This document shows, piece after piece, positions 51,581 to 64,000 of a stretch of DNA of 64,000 nt. The stretch's first letter is position 1, and every line of letters starts with the position of its first letter. Source of the stretch: the human T2T-CHM13v2.0 reference genome, Homo sapiens. The stretch lies in NCBI RefSeq assembly GCF_009914755.1, contig NC_060929.1. One strand, given 5' to 3'. The translations under genes and the position numbers were made by a program. The notes beneath the pieces were generated by a model, which was not told the DNA's origin, did no database searches, and saw only the letters and a list, made by a program, of their open reading frames with translations.

Positions 51581-52206
51581 GTTAGGTCCTAGCTCCCAGC
51601 ATGAGGAGATTGTGGTTATCATCATGATAATGATTTTGCTAATTTTATTCCATCCATCTTCATTCCTCTGCTGAGAGGTTAGCAGGCTATACAGTTTGAT
51701 GCTTATTATTCCCTTATTCTCACCATCAACACTCCTTCTGTCCTCTCATCAAATCTAAGCTTCTGCTAGCCTTTATGTCCTCCAAGTTCTGACCCTAACT
51801 TCCTTATTTCCTACCCACCGCCCTCTGCTTTAGGTAGTGATCTAAATTTAGTTCACTATCTTAAATATTAATCAAATATCTACTATGTGCCAGGTACGGT
51901 GCGAGGCTCTGGGGAATGAATGGTGGATGTAACAGATATGGCACCTGCTCACCTTAAGTGGCCTATGATTTTATGGGGGGTCAGACAAAGAAAGGCAATT
52001 GCAATGCAGTGTGATGAAGGCTCTGATAGAGAAGGGCAGGCACTGAGGCCCAGATGGCACTTCAGCCCAGACTATGAGGAAGGATGCTCTTTTCAGCACT
52101 GTAAGAAGCCAATTTATCTGGCAAAGAATTCAAAACGTGATGGAAGGTAAGACACAGCCAATGCTGTGTGTGTGTGTGTTTTTTTTAATTCTTGGTTCCC
52201 AAACAG

Positions 52207-52398
52207 GACATGCAGCTGCTGGTGACTCCTTTACACAGATACTGTGGCTAGAGAAATGTGATACTAGAGCTTTGGTCTTATCACATAGCACACTGGTTTC
52301 TCCATCATGTATGCCATGGTATGGTCCCTGACCACACACATGAGCAGAGGAACACTTTGGAGGGCTATGAGGCTTTTGCAGAACCATTTCTTAAGATG
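52207..52398 (+). other. Candidate exon (192 nt) of a putative decayed gene or lncRNA
   Basis: ttttttaattcttggttcccaaacag acceptor; consensus ATG|gtaagt donor; best frame has one stop in 64 codons. Confidence 0.4.
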
Positions 52399-52929
52399 GT
52401 AAGTTTCCTGAATGCAGGAGCAGGATCCTGTTAGATATAGAAGGTAACTGTGCATTTCCCAATGGAACAGCAATAGAGACAGCTGAGGAGCTGATGTGCA
52501 GAGCCACCCACTGGATCTTGTTTCTATTTTTACAATTTCAATATTTCAGTAACTAATGTTTACTTGAATAACGTAGAATCACTTCTGTTTTTTCTCTTGT
52601 TTATAAAGCAGCTAAGTGACGATAACGTATTTATCTCTAATTAGGAGGGAAATAATACATTAGGAGAAAGAACTCGGGAAAAATCACAACTGCAGAGAGT
52701 GCAGGGCAATGTTAGTTTCCATCTCCAAGGCCTCTGCTGACCGACATGGAAGCTGCCGGTTGTAGGCAGCTCAGTAAAGCAGAACAACGACTGTCAGGAA
52801 GTGAAGAGATCTAATTTCCAAAACCATGGAGTGTTTCCATGATCTTGAAGAAGGCACTTCACCTTTGAGCTTTAGTTCCTGAGTTTGTTAAAAGTAGGGG
52901 TTGGGTGAATTAAAATATAGAGACTCCTC

Positions 52930-53395
52930 ATCAAGCCCCATATGATCAGGTCTCTGCTCATTTCTCTCCTTATCCCGCCCCTCCCTTCTCCTAGTCCACT
53001 AAGCTGCATCCACACTCTGTCCTGACTCTTAAGAAGCCTGTATCAGGGCCTTTGTGTTTGCTCTCATTATTTCCTGAGTTGCTCCCCTATCCTTTTCAAG
53101 ATGAGACTGGTTCCTTTTACATTCAGGTTTCAGCTCAGACAGGTTTTCCCTTGATTCTCTTAGCTAAAGCAGTCCTCCCCGGTACTACTAAATCACTTGT
53201 TTCATATTATTCATAGTATTCATCACTTTCTGAGATCTCCTATTTGTATGTATATTCTCAATCTCTTTCCACTAGAAGGAGAGCTCCATGAGAGCAGACT
53301 CTGTCAATTTCGTTTAACGCTCCAGCCCCTATATCGAGAACAAAGTCTGGCCCGTAGTATGTGCTCAGTAAATGTCAAACAGCCAACTGAATAAT
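52930..53395 (+). mobile_element. L2 3' fragment
   Basis: cagggcctttgtgtttgct..cactagaaggagagctccatgagagcag..gtgctcagtaaatgt. Confidence 0.78.
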
Positions 53396-53692
53396 AAAAA
53401 TAACAATGAGTACTTGTATGAGTCTGCAATTTTCAAAATACTCTGCAAAGTTTAGTCTCATTCAGGCTTCACTATCCTGTAAGTTAAGCAAAAATTATTG
53501 TATTTCATCACCAAGACTGAATTATTTTACTAGTAAGATAATCAGTTCAGTAATTTTTGAGGCTATGAAAAGGGGAAGAAACACTATATTTAATGTGCTT
53601 ACAAATTTTAAGGCTGGATCTGATTAAGAAACATCAATGATTAAAAAAGTACATACACGACTCAGAATCAAGAAAATTTCATGAATAATACC

Positions 53693-53946
53693 TGCTATTT
53701 GGATATGGTTTGTATGGCCCCACCAAGTTTCATCATAAAATTTGATCCTCAATGTTAGAGGTGGGGCCTGGGGTGAGAAGATCTCTCATGAAGGTTGGTG
53801 CCTTTTTCCTGGGCGTAAGTTCTTACTCTTAGTTCCCATGAGAGAACTAGTTGTTGAAAAGAGTCTTTCTTCCTCTTTCTCACCTCCTGTTTATAAATGA
53901 CCCACCCTCAGGTATTCCTTCATAGCAACACAAACAAACAAGGACA
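53693..53946 (+). mobile_element. MST (MSTB-like) MaLR LTR with internal deletions
   Basis: tgctatttggatatggtttg...ctcaggtattccttcatagcaacacaaac..aggaca; TSD atacc/atgcc. Confidence 0.85.
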
Positions 53947-55175
53947 ATGCCCATTTAAAAAATTGGGGAGAAATGTTTCCAATGGCCTGAAGCTGGCCAG
54001 TGGTAGAGGCTGACTTTCAAACTATTGTTTCTTCTGGTGCCTTTGGTATCCCAAGTGTATTGGTCATAACTAGCATAATCTCCATTACCTTCCTTTTCAT
54101 GGCTCAGAGGACAAAGGAGATACAACTCAAAACTAACTCTGCTATACGTTGGACATTCTTGGAATTCTAAAATCATCATTCTTCCTCATCTCTGCCTCCA
54201 CATACCCTAGGTTTTAAAACAATGACTGAGAACTAAAAAGGATAAACATGAGCTTCAATGGACCCAAAAGGATTTGGTGAGAGAAAAGAATTAACTCAAA
54301 TAGAATTACAAAGGAAGACAGAGGCTTCCGTTCACCAAATGTGGCCAGGGTGCTTGAGTACAGAGCTGGTTGGAAGTAGGAGGCTAGACTAGATGCCTCT
54401 CAAGGTCATTTCTAATCCTCGACTTTGGTTTTGGTTGGGGAGAAGAGTGAACATGATCAGGCATATTGAAACTTTACCCCAAGCATGTGTGAGTCTGCTG
54501 CATTGATAGCCTGTGAAATTAAATATCTAGGTCCTAAGAAATGAGAGATGTATTTCCTACAAAAGGACTTATGATAATAAAGTTTCTTTTTCAGGAGGTC
54601 TGAGAGGGGAAGGGGGTCATCAGAGGATTATACACTTACAGATGAAATCCACCTGCAGGGACCATCTCACCCAGCCTGGTTATTTTAGATACAAAAAATA
54701 CAATAGTATTGCTCCTACCTCATCCGTGAGGCAACAGCAACCTGCTTGTTAAACATAATGATGCACTAGAGATCTTAGACCGGTGTCTGGCAAATAGTAA
54801 GTGTGAAAATATTTTGGTTAAGGTCATGATTATTATATTCTAAGTTGACAAATATTTAAATAAACACTTTGCTATGTGTAAAGACTTAAGAAGACAAAGT
54901 AAAACCACTACTAAGGAGCTTGCACTCCAGTAGAGAGAGAGAGATTACATCTATAGGTGTTGAAAGGGTCTGTGTGAGAAGTGGCTGTGGGTGGAAAGGG
55001 GACAGGCAGAACTTTTGTATTCAGTATAACTATTACACTTGGGTTCTCATGAGTAGATCTAAATAAAGACCAATTAGAAAATTGGAATAAAATAATGAAG
55101 AATAAGTTACCCAAGGAAGTATGAGACATTGAGGTGAAAATGATCATTTGTAATTAGAAATATATTAAATAATTC

Positions 55176-55477
<302 letters not shown>

Positions 55478-55632
55478 AAAGAAAAGAAAAGAGAAAAGAA
55501 AAGAAGAGAAAAGAAAAGGAGTAAAGAGAAGAGAGAAAAAAGAGAAGAAAAGAGGAAAGAAAAGGAGAAAAAAGAAAAAAGAAAAGAGAAAAGAAGAAAG
55601 AAAAGAGAGAGAGAGAAAGAAAGAAAGAAAGA
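55478..55632. repeat. GA-rich polypurine tract derived from the Alu tail
   Basis: (GAAAA)n/(GAAA)n/(GA)n mosaic, almost purely purine. Confidence 0.92.
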
Positions 55633-57220
55633 TAGTTAAATTAAGTGTGCTTTTCCTACCCCCGGGTAGATAGTTCAGCGGGGCTGTCTATCTGGCATGC
55701 CACACTTTCCTGTGTTCTCTGTAGGCTCCAGAATAGATTTCATGTAATTCAGAAGGTGTGTTCCCCTGCTTCTTTGAGAAATAGGTATTTAAGAAGACAG
55801 TACTGCAAAGAAGAGAGAATGGTGTTGAGGCCACTGGCCTCGTGGGACAAGAGGACATGCTGGCCATGACTCAATTACAGAGTAGTGTCCCAATGTTTCT
55901 CATATAACAGTCATTCTGAAGATTGTTGACAGCATTTCCAATGTGATTAAAATACTTAACTTTGTTAAATGAGGCAACAAGAACCCTTTCTAATAGGGCT
56001 CCAGGTAGCTAAACAGATGAAAGAGCTCTTTCCTCTTCTTTTATGGAAACTGGAATGGGAATTAAAAGATTCCAATTCTGGTCCCAGCTCTGTGCTTTCT
56101 GCAGCCCTCAGCAACACTGAACCACACTGTGAAACTCAGTAGGACCGGCTGCTCCCTGTTGCCCTTCTACTTCTAAAAATCCCAGAAGCTAAGATTTGAT
56201 GGAGAAACTAGGATGCTAGAGAGATTCTCTTCTGGCTCCTCTTATTTCCTTCCCTCCTTCAGCATTTTGTTGGATCATGGAGGCCACACTGGCACTAGAA
56301 GCAGTTACTATGGGACTGCAGTCTCATAAAACCAGCTTTGGCAAAATAAAACATCATATTCATATTCCTAGTATTTGCATTTACAAGTGTCCTCCCTGAG
56401 CTCGTTATCCCGTCCATCCATTATCTTCTTCACCTCTATCTACTTGGCCCAAATCTCCCATCCTAATTTGGTTGTGCAACACATTTCTTTAATTTCCCTC
56501 CAACTCAAGGCCCCTAAGAAGAAAGTGCTGGCAAAAAAGCTGACGGCATTTAAAGAACCTCAGTGTTCTGTCTCCTTTATGTATTCTTTATGCTCTTGCA
56601 CTTTTTATGGGGTTGAAAACCTCGCACTGATAACAATGAGTTATTCAGAGCATGCAGTGTTACTGGGCCTGGGTGTAATGTAAATGGAATTATTTGCCGT
56701 GAAAATACCCAGTCCAATCTCTTAGCAAATTGCAATTCCTGAAACTCGGTCCCTTTGGAAGGTGCTTAAATAAATGTGTATCTTGTTTGAGAGATTTGCA
56801 GCAATTCAAGAAAAATATTGGTTTCTCTCTAATACGAAAGTAGATTGTCCTTGCTTGATGTGTCATAAAATTTAATTAACAATCATTTATCATAATTTGT
56901 TAATTGCCAAATTGTTCACTGTTTGACAGGTTAGGTTGAAAAAGTAAAATTCTTCAGGGTAGATTGCAAAGTAGTTGTCACTTCAATGTATATGTCTACA
57001 TATGTGTGTGTTTATATATGTATATTTATGGAACAAAATTGAACAGGTTTTTTTATGTTTTGCCTGGATAGGTAAACAACTATTTGTTAAACTAAGCTTT
57101 CTTCTATGTTGAGAACTGTGTTAGAACCAATGTCAAAGAGGTCATAAAACACTACCCTATTCTAAAGAAAGTGTGTAAGTCTAATTGAGGAGTTATGTAC
57201 TTATAAACATGAACCAACTA

Positions 57221-57553
57221 TAGTCATCCCTCATCATCCATGTGAGATTAGTTCTAGGCCCCCCGATTCCCTGTAGATACTAAAATCTGTGGATGCCCAA
57301 GTCCCTGAAATAAAATGGTATAGCATTTGAATATAACCTATCTATATCCTCCTGTATAAATCGTCTCTAGATTGCTTGTAATACCTTATATGATGCAAAT
57401 GCTATCTAAATAGTTGTTTTATGCTATTGGTTTTTTTGTATTATTTGTATTGCTGTACTGCTATTTTTTATTGTTTCCCTTTTTTCTGAATATTTTAAAT
57501 TCAAGCTTGGTTAATTCATGGATGTGGAACCTGCATATGTAGAGGGCTGATTG
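57221..57553 (+). mobile_element. MER2 (TcMar-Tigger)
   Basis: tagtcatccctc..gatactaaaatctgtggatgcccaagtccc..ggatgtggaacctgcatatgtagagggctga. Confidence 0.85.
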
Positions 57554-58216
57554 GACATGAAAACTGGAAGGCTATAGGTAGGCAAGATCATACGCCCAGG
57601 TACTAACTACGCACCTGTTCAGGGACAGAAGTTACCAACATGAAATGGAGGAGGTAGACTTTCTGCAATTTTAATACAAGTTTGTGGAAGTTGCTCAGTG
57701 CTCCATTTCAAAGGACCATGAAAAAATTCCTCTCCGAGTTCAGATCTAGGAAGATGCCTGCCTCTCCTGAGGAACAGCATGACAACTATAATTCTGGGCA
57801 AGGCTTGTGGCAGATATTTTGTAAAGCCTGGAAGAAGGTTCACTTAAGGCTGGAGCAGCACAAGGTGGAGACTAGTTTAGGGGCTTAGAAGTGGGATTTT
57901 ATAAAGACCATAGTGCCTGCAATAGTAAAGGAAGTACCCTGAATTCAGAATCAGGAGTCCTGGGTTCTCATGCTAGCCTCACAAGTAACTCCCTCCTTGA
58001 ATGAATCACTAAAACCTTTTCAAATCATATTAAATTATGCCTTTAAAAGTTTTTCAAAAATATGATGAAATAACATTTGAAGGTGGGGAAGTTGTTTGAA
58101 GGTTGTGCCATAGGGGAGTCACCTCCCTGGATATCTAGGGAAGGAGAACTCACAAAAATACAGGATGAGGTATTCTCCCCACGCTTTCTCCCTGGACTCT
58201 CCCTGAAGCACACTGA

Positions 58217-58512
<296 letters not shown>

Positions 58513-58979
58513 CCACTGACTTATTTTCTAGTACCATCACACCTTCTGGAGATTTGCCCCGTATGAGACAAAAGACAGGCAGGAATAGATTAGTGGCTTT
58601 CACATGATGTTCTCTGGAGCTGTAGGGTTTGGAAGAGATGATTTAGAGCCACCATGGTGGGCAAAGAGGCAAAACAGACATTCGTCCCACACACTCACCC
58701 CTACATCTCACACACCTTTGCACACACATACACTTGCATATATACTCAGAGTACATGCTCTCCTGTTCTTTCTCAGAGCTTTCAACTGTGTTTTATACCA
58801 GCATACTGTAAAAATCACACAGCACTGAATTATTTGCATTCCCTCAGCCCGCCATCTGTGTAGAGGGGACTCTTCACTTCCTAGAACAGCCCTCCTGTAA
58901 CCATAGAAACAGGGAGTAGGATGGGGGTTGATCCCCTCCTCCATGTTCCCACTGAGGTAGGAACTTTATAACAACTCTT

Positions 58980-60145
58980 GAGTTATGGTATATCCCTAGT
59001 CTACAGATAAGGAAACTAAGGCTCAGAAATTTGCCCAAGTCACACAATTAGCAAGTGAAAAAGCAGCTATGGAATCCAAGTCTATGTGACCGCCCTTATC
59101 ATGTCTGGATTTGGGGATGTATGTGCTGAAAAGTACACAAGGCTGAGAATCAGGAAGCCTGGGCTCCAGCCCTTGTTTTGCTGAACTTTATTAATTTTAG
59201 GCAAATTTCTTATTTGGAGCCTCAGTTTTCTACTGAAGACTTTGGACCAAATGCTCTCTGAATTGAAGGCAAAAGATGTTTTTTTTGTAGATAGCTTCCC
59301 AGGGTAAGACCCCATAGCTTTAACAGATTTACTGGGGTCCATGTGCCCCCTAAATGTTAAGCACCCATTTAATAATGCTAAGCAATGAAATCACAACTGC
59401 CAATACTTGTGAGTACTGATGGTGTTCAGCATTGTCCTAAGCATCGCACATGTTTAACTCCTTTAATTCTCATGACTCTAGGAGGTAAGTGCTCCTTTAT
59501 CTCCATTTTAGTGTTAAGGAAATGAAAAGAGATTAAGAAGCTTTCCTAAGGGAACAGAATAAGTCATAGATGCCAGATTTAAACCCAGGCAGTTGGGCTA
59601 CAGAACCCACATTTTAACCATGACATTTCTGTTACCCTCTAATAGCCTGAGGAGGACCATCTTCCCCTGATTACAGCTGAGGCTCAAGGGGCTGGCACAG
59701 TTTAGAAAGCATCTAGTTCAGTGGATTCTAAGCCTTATCACATTCCTTTGGACTCTATTCTCTTTCCATCTACAGTGTCGTGTGGTTTACAGCATGCTGG
59801 TATAGAACACAGATGAAAGCTTCTCTGAGAAGAGAGATCAGGAGTGCCTGTGCTGTGTCTGAGTATACGTGCAAGTGTACGTGTGTGCAAAGGTGTGTTA
59901 AGATATAGGGGTGAGTGTGGGGAATTAAAGTCTCAGCATTTTTCCCCTTTGCCCACCATGGTGGCTCTATAGCATCTCTTCTACCTTATACCTCCAGAGA
60001 ACATCATGTGAAAGCCACTAATCTCCTCCTGCCTGTCCATTTGTCTTATAAGAGGCAAATGAGGCACAGAGAACAGGTAGCAGGAGACACACAGCACATC
60101 AGAGGTGGAGCTGGGTTGTGGGGCCAGGGCTCCTGATTCTAGGGT
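58980..60145. mobile_element. Several MIR fragments interspersed with unique DNA
   Basis: acagataaggaaactaaggctcaga, gagcctcagttttc, gatttaaacccaggcag. Confidence 0.65.
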
Positions 60146-60195
60146 ACTTCTTTTTTTTTTTTTTTTTTGGTGCATTATCTCATTACTGTAACCAG

Positions 60196-60452
60196 GCCAC
60201 CACTCATTCATGTGTGAGGGACTGTTATCAGACAAGGACACAGTTACATATCTTCCAAGGCTTTCCCTGGGCTACCTGGATGTTTAAACACCTCTAACCA
60301 TGAACAGGCTGGGAACAGGCAACAGAAGGCTTTCTAGGATGGGGCAAATGGAACAAACGCTTTGGGGTGGTTTGGCAATGTCAGTAACAGTATCCTGGTC
60401 AATGTCAATGGCAGAAAAACATTCAGCTACAAGTGGTGGGATTATAATGGGG
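60196..60452 (+). other. Candidate exon (257 nt) of a putative decayed gene or lncRNA
   Basis: T-tract..accag acceptor; GGG|gtgagg donor; one frame reads ..AF*DGANGTNALGWFGNVSNSILVNVNGRKTFSYKWWDYNG with two stops. Confidence 0.35.
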
Positions 60453-61370
60453 GTGAGGGCATTGATCACCTAGAAGATCTTTACAATCCTCAAGTCAAAT
60501 CACACCATTTGTGTGCCTCGATTGGGCCAGCTTGGATAGGGGAGGAAGATAACAGATTTCACTCTGCCAGGCCCCCAGATTCAGGTGAGACATATTCTTG
60601 CAGACAGAACATGTCTGGGGATGTCAGACCTATTTACAAGCCACAACTCTGCTGGCGTCCCTGCCACCTACCCTCCCTTCCAGGTTTGCTGTCATGGTCC
60701 TTTGCTGCCTCAGCAGTTGTTAGCTGCAGCTGGCTGAGTGTTCCAAGGAGCAAGCTTTCGGGGAGCTGTGACCTGATTTAAGCAGTGAAGGGGACACTGT
60801 GGAGCAGGGTGAGGACCAGCAGCCACAGCTCTTCCAGGCAAGTCCCTGAGATGCTAAAGGGCTGCTCAAGGTTTATCTGCACAGTCAGCTGAGGAACATC
60901 CTCATAGGACCACAGTGAGGAAGGAGAGCTGCGTGTTCTCATTCTGTCTACTCTCCCTACTCTCCCTTTTCACACTGAGGGCCCTAATAGGGATGCAGAT
61001 GATCAAGCAGTCATTGTCAGTGAGCACCTATGGGGTGCCAGACACTATGTTAGGTGCTAAGGGAAAGTGGAGATAGAGCAGGTCCCCATGAAGCTTTCAG
61101 CATAAAGGGGGAGGCAAACTTAGACCAAATGAGTATACTGGTTATAATTAGAAGTGGCAATAAACTATATCAAGAAGTGGTAATAAACTACAGAGCTAGA
61201 AGAACACATAAACAGGGGGCTTGATTGAGTCTAGGGACGTGGGCAGGGAAGGCTTCCGTGTGGCAATCACAGAATTTATCTGAGCTCTGAAGGGTTAAAA
61301 TCAGCAGGAGAGGTAGGAAGAGCATCTGAATGGAGAGAACAGCGAGTATAAAAATCTTAAGGCTAGATAG

Positions 61371-61413
61371 ACCATGATATTCACCATGATATTCACCATG
61401 ATATTCACCATGA
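61371..61413. repeat. 12-bp tandem repeat (accatgatattc) x3.6
   Basis: Three perfect units plus a partial one. Confidence 0.92.
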
Positions 61414-61824
61414 AATACCAGTGATACATCATACACATACCTGCACACACACATAAATCCTACTTACTCAGCACTTTCCATACTACACACTTCACATTTT
61501 CTCATTTCCCTTTCTTTAAGATGTTGGAGAGGCAGACACAAACAATGGAAAAGTGAAGAGAGAGGTTGGGTTGGATCATCACGGGGACAAAAGGGAGGTC
61601 TGTAACATCTCAGAATGTCCACCAGCCAAGGGAAATTTATGGAGTAGATAAACCTTGCTCAGAGGAGGATTTCCTAGGTAAAGGGAGAGAAGCATAAGAT
61701 GACAATCTTAGGCAAGGAGGCACAACTTAAGTGAAAGCTTAGAGGTAGAAAATGACCTAGTACCTGTATAGGCAGCTACCAGCATTTTAGTGTTACTATG
61801 AGGGACAGTACAAAGCAGGGAGTG

Positions 61825-62220
<396 letters not shown>

Positions 62221-63491
62221 CTAGGCCCTAAGGCTATGATACTGTGCAAAATCAGACTTGGCCCATAGTCTTGGAACCAGGACTCACACAAAGCAAGTAC
62301 TCAATCCAGTGGGAAGGACAACCCAATAATCAAACAAATGGGATTTGGGGAGATGACTGGGAGGAGTCGCTAGCAGCCAACCTTTGTAGACCCTATTAAG
62401 AATGTTGGTACTCATTTTCATAGCAGTGAGAAGCTCTTAGAGGATTTTAAGCAGAGTTTTAAACAGGTTCAGATTTGTATTTTGAAAAGATGATTCTGAT
62501 TGCTGTGGAAGGAGGATATCTATTCTCTGATTAGAAACCCAGCCCCTCTCTGCTGACTGATCTCTGTCATGTCAATGGAAGGGAACCAGGGAATCCACTC
62601 TACAGTGGCATCTACCCATGCAGAAATCCCAGTAGCTTCCGCTAGCTCTCTTTACACTTGGCAGCCATCTCGGGTCGCTAACGACGGCGCCTTCCTGACT
62701 GCCTCTGAGGCCAACTGCGATGTCTTGGCAACAATTCTATTAATATCAGAGCTAGGAATGAGCCAATGGAAAGCTGTTCATCCATGTAATGAGGTTTCAG
62801 TTATATTTTAGAAATGTGTCAGATAATTTGGTAAGAGACAGCAGAGTTTTTCTGTTTGTCAAGAAACAGGGGAGGTAGAACTCGAGTTCCTGAGCTTCAG
62901 CTGCAATGTGAAAATTGTCCTCTGTACTGAGATGCTTAAAGCAAAATAAGCAAATGTGAAGGGAAGGTGGCAGTGAGAGGGGCTCAGGACACCTGTGGGT
63001 GGCAATGGCAGGGAGAGTGGACACTGAATAGTGGTCAAGCACTTACAGTCGATCGAGCATCTCTGACACCATCTCATGACAGCCCTACGGGGTATGTAGA
63101 AGCTGCTCAAAGAAGAATTTGAATCGACATCTTTCTAACTCCAAAGTCTGATTTTGCCATTACTCTGATGTTTTGCTCAATTGCTGGATAAAAAAGGGCT
63201 TAATAGGTACATGTTTTGGTGTAGAGTGAAACTTATTTTATATTAGGAAGAAATGGGCTCAAAGCTATTAAATAAGAGCATCTTTCCCACCAAGCTTAGA
63301 AGAATCTCAATATTGCATGTTCCGTGTTCTCAGCATTCATGAGCTCTGACATGGTCATTCTGGGCAGCGCTCTCAAGCATGGGACATGCAAGGATCTTTG
63401 AAGAAGCACATGGAACTTACATTGAGAATTGAATCACATAGTAACAAAATGGGTCCTGTTTAACCACTTCAATGTTCCCAGATACGTAAGT

Positions 63492-63791
63492 CAGTGTTTT
63501 GCAACATCACTTGCCCTTCACAATCACCTGGTGAGCTTTCATAAACTCCTAGGCTCAAGCCACACCTCAGAGATGCTGATTTAGTTAGTCCCCGCTGCAG
63601 TGCTTCTCACACTTCAATGTCATGCAAACCCTTTGGAGAGCTTGGCAAAAATGGAGATTCTGATTCTAAAAACCTTGGTGGGACTTGAGATTCTGCATTT
63701 ATAACAAGCTTCCAGGTGACGTCAATGCTGGTCAGGGGGCCTCACTTTGAGCAGTTGGAGTCTAGGGCGTAGTCAAAGTTGAGAACCACAG
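63492..63791. mobile_element. MER5-family hAT MITE containing a second MER5A1-like copy (63598-63759)
   Basis: Outer cagtgttttgcaa..aatcacctggtgagctt / aagttgagaaccacag; inner cagtgcttctcacactt..gagattctgcatttataacaagcttccaggtga..cactttgagcag. Confidence 0.75.
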
Positions 63792-64000
63792 TTTTAAGGA
63801 TACAGTCTCAGTTTGGTGCTAGTCTTTTTTCTCTCTTTTTAAAGGTTTAATAAATTATTATTAATCAATTATAATGAATTATACATGCAACACAAATCAA
63901 ATAGTAAGCAGTGAACAAAGACACGACACCCGCTCCCCACCTTCCCCGCTATGGTCCCAGACACTAGAAGCTCATGTCCTCTATCGGATTAAATATTGTC

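Noticed and set aside
52207-52398. AAAGDSFTQ as a GDSL/SGNH or fibrinogen motif; HWFLHH as a desaturase His-box
   Set aside because: The motifs lie in different frames and lack the remaining family blocks; no family assignment is justified without a search.
60362-60781. 139-aa ORF as an intact gene
   Set aside because: Starts at TTG just downstream of an in-frame TAG and runs through a likely splice donor at 60453; kept only as a candidate exon.
61371-61413. Short repeated units as a CRISPR-like array
   Set aside because: Head-to-tail units with no spacers, in eukaryotic DNA with no cas genes.

Overview
Primate genomic DNA, almost certainly human: it carries an Alu with all six AluYg6 diagnostic bases. 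The window is dominated by transposable elements. These include two full-length but mutationally dead LINE-1s (L1PA2/3 at 16.4-22.4 kb, L1PA7 at 35.6-42.0 kb), two truncated L1PB1 copies, an old L1MC broken by four younger insertions, about ten Alus, MaLR/ERVL LTRs, MER/Charlie DNA transposons and many MIR/L2 relics. No intact host protein-coding gene can be proven, and all long ORFs in the track are LINE-1 or Alu derived. Non-routine observations: (i) a possible terminal exon plus 3'UTR at 2.5-4.3 kb; (ii) a chain of + strand exon-like islands at 43-62 kb that could be a decayed gene or spliced lncRNA (unproven); (iii) several templated-insertion repair scars, the best being a ~113 bp inverted copy taken from 1.1 kb away; (iv) a three-level L1MC>Alu>L1PA nesting resolved by target-site duplications (TSDs); (v) an open antisense ORF0 and a mutated YY1 site in the L1PA2/3 promoter. 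I found no evidence for a new prokaryote-style system such as CRISPR. Repeat subfamily names come from recalled consensus motifs, not a search, and boundaries of old repeats are approximate.
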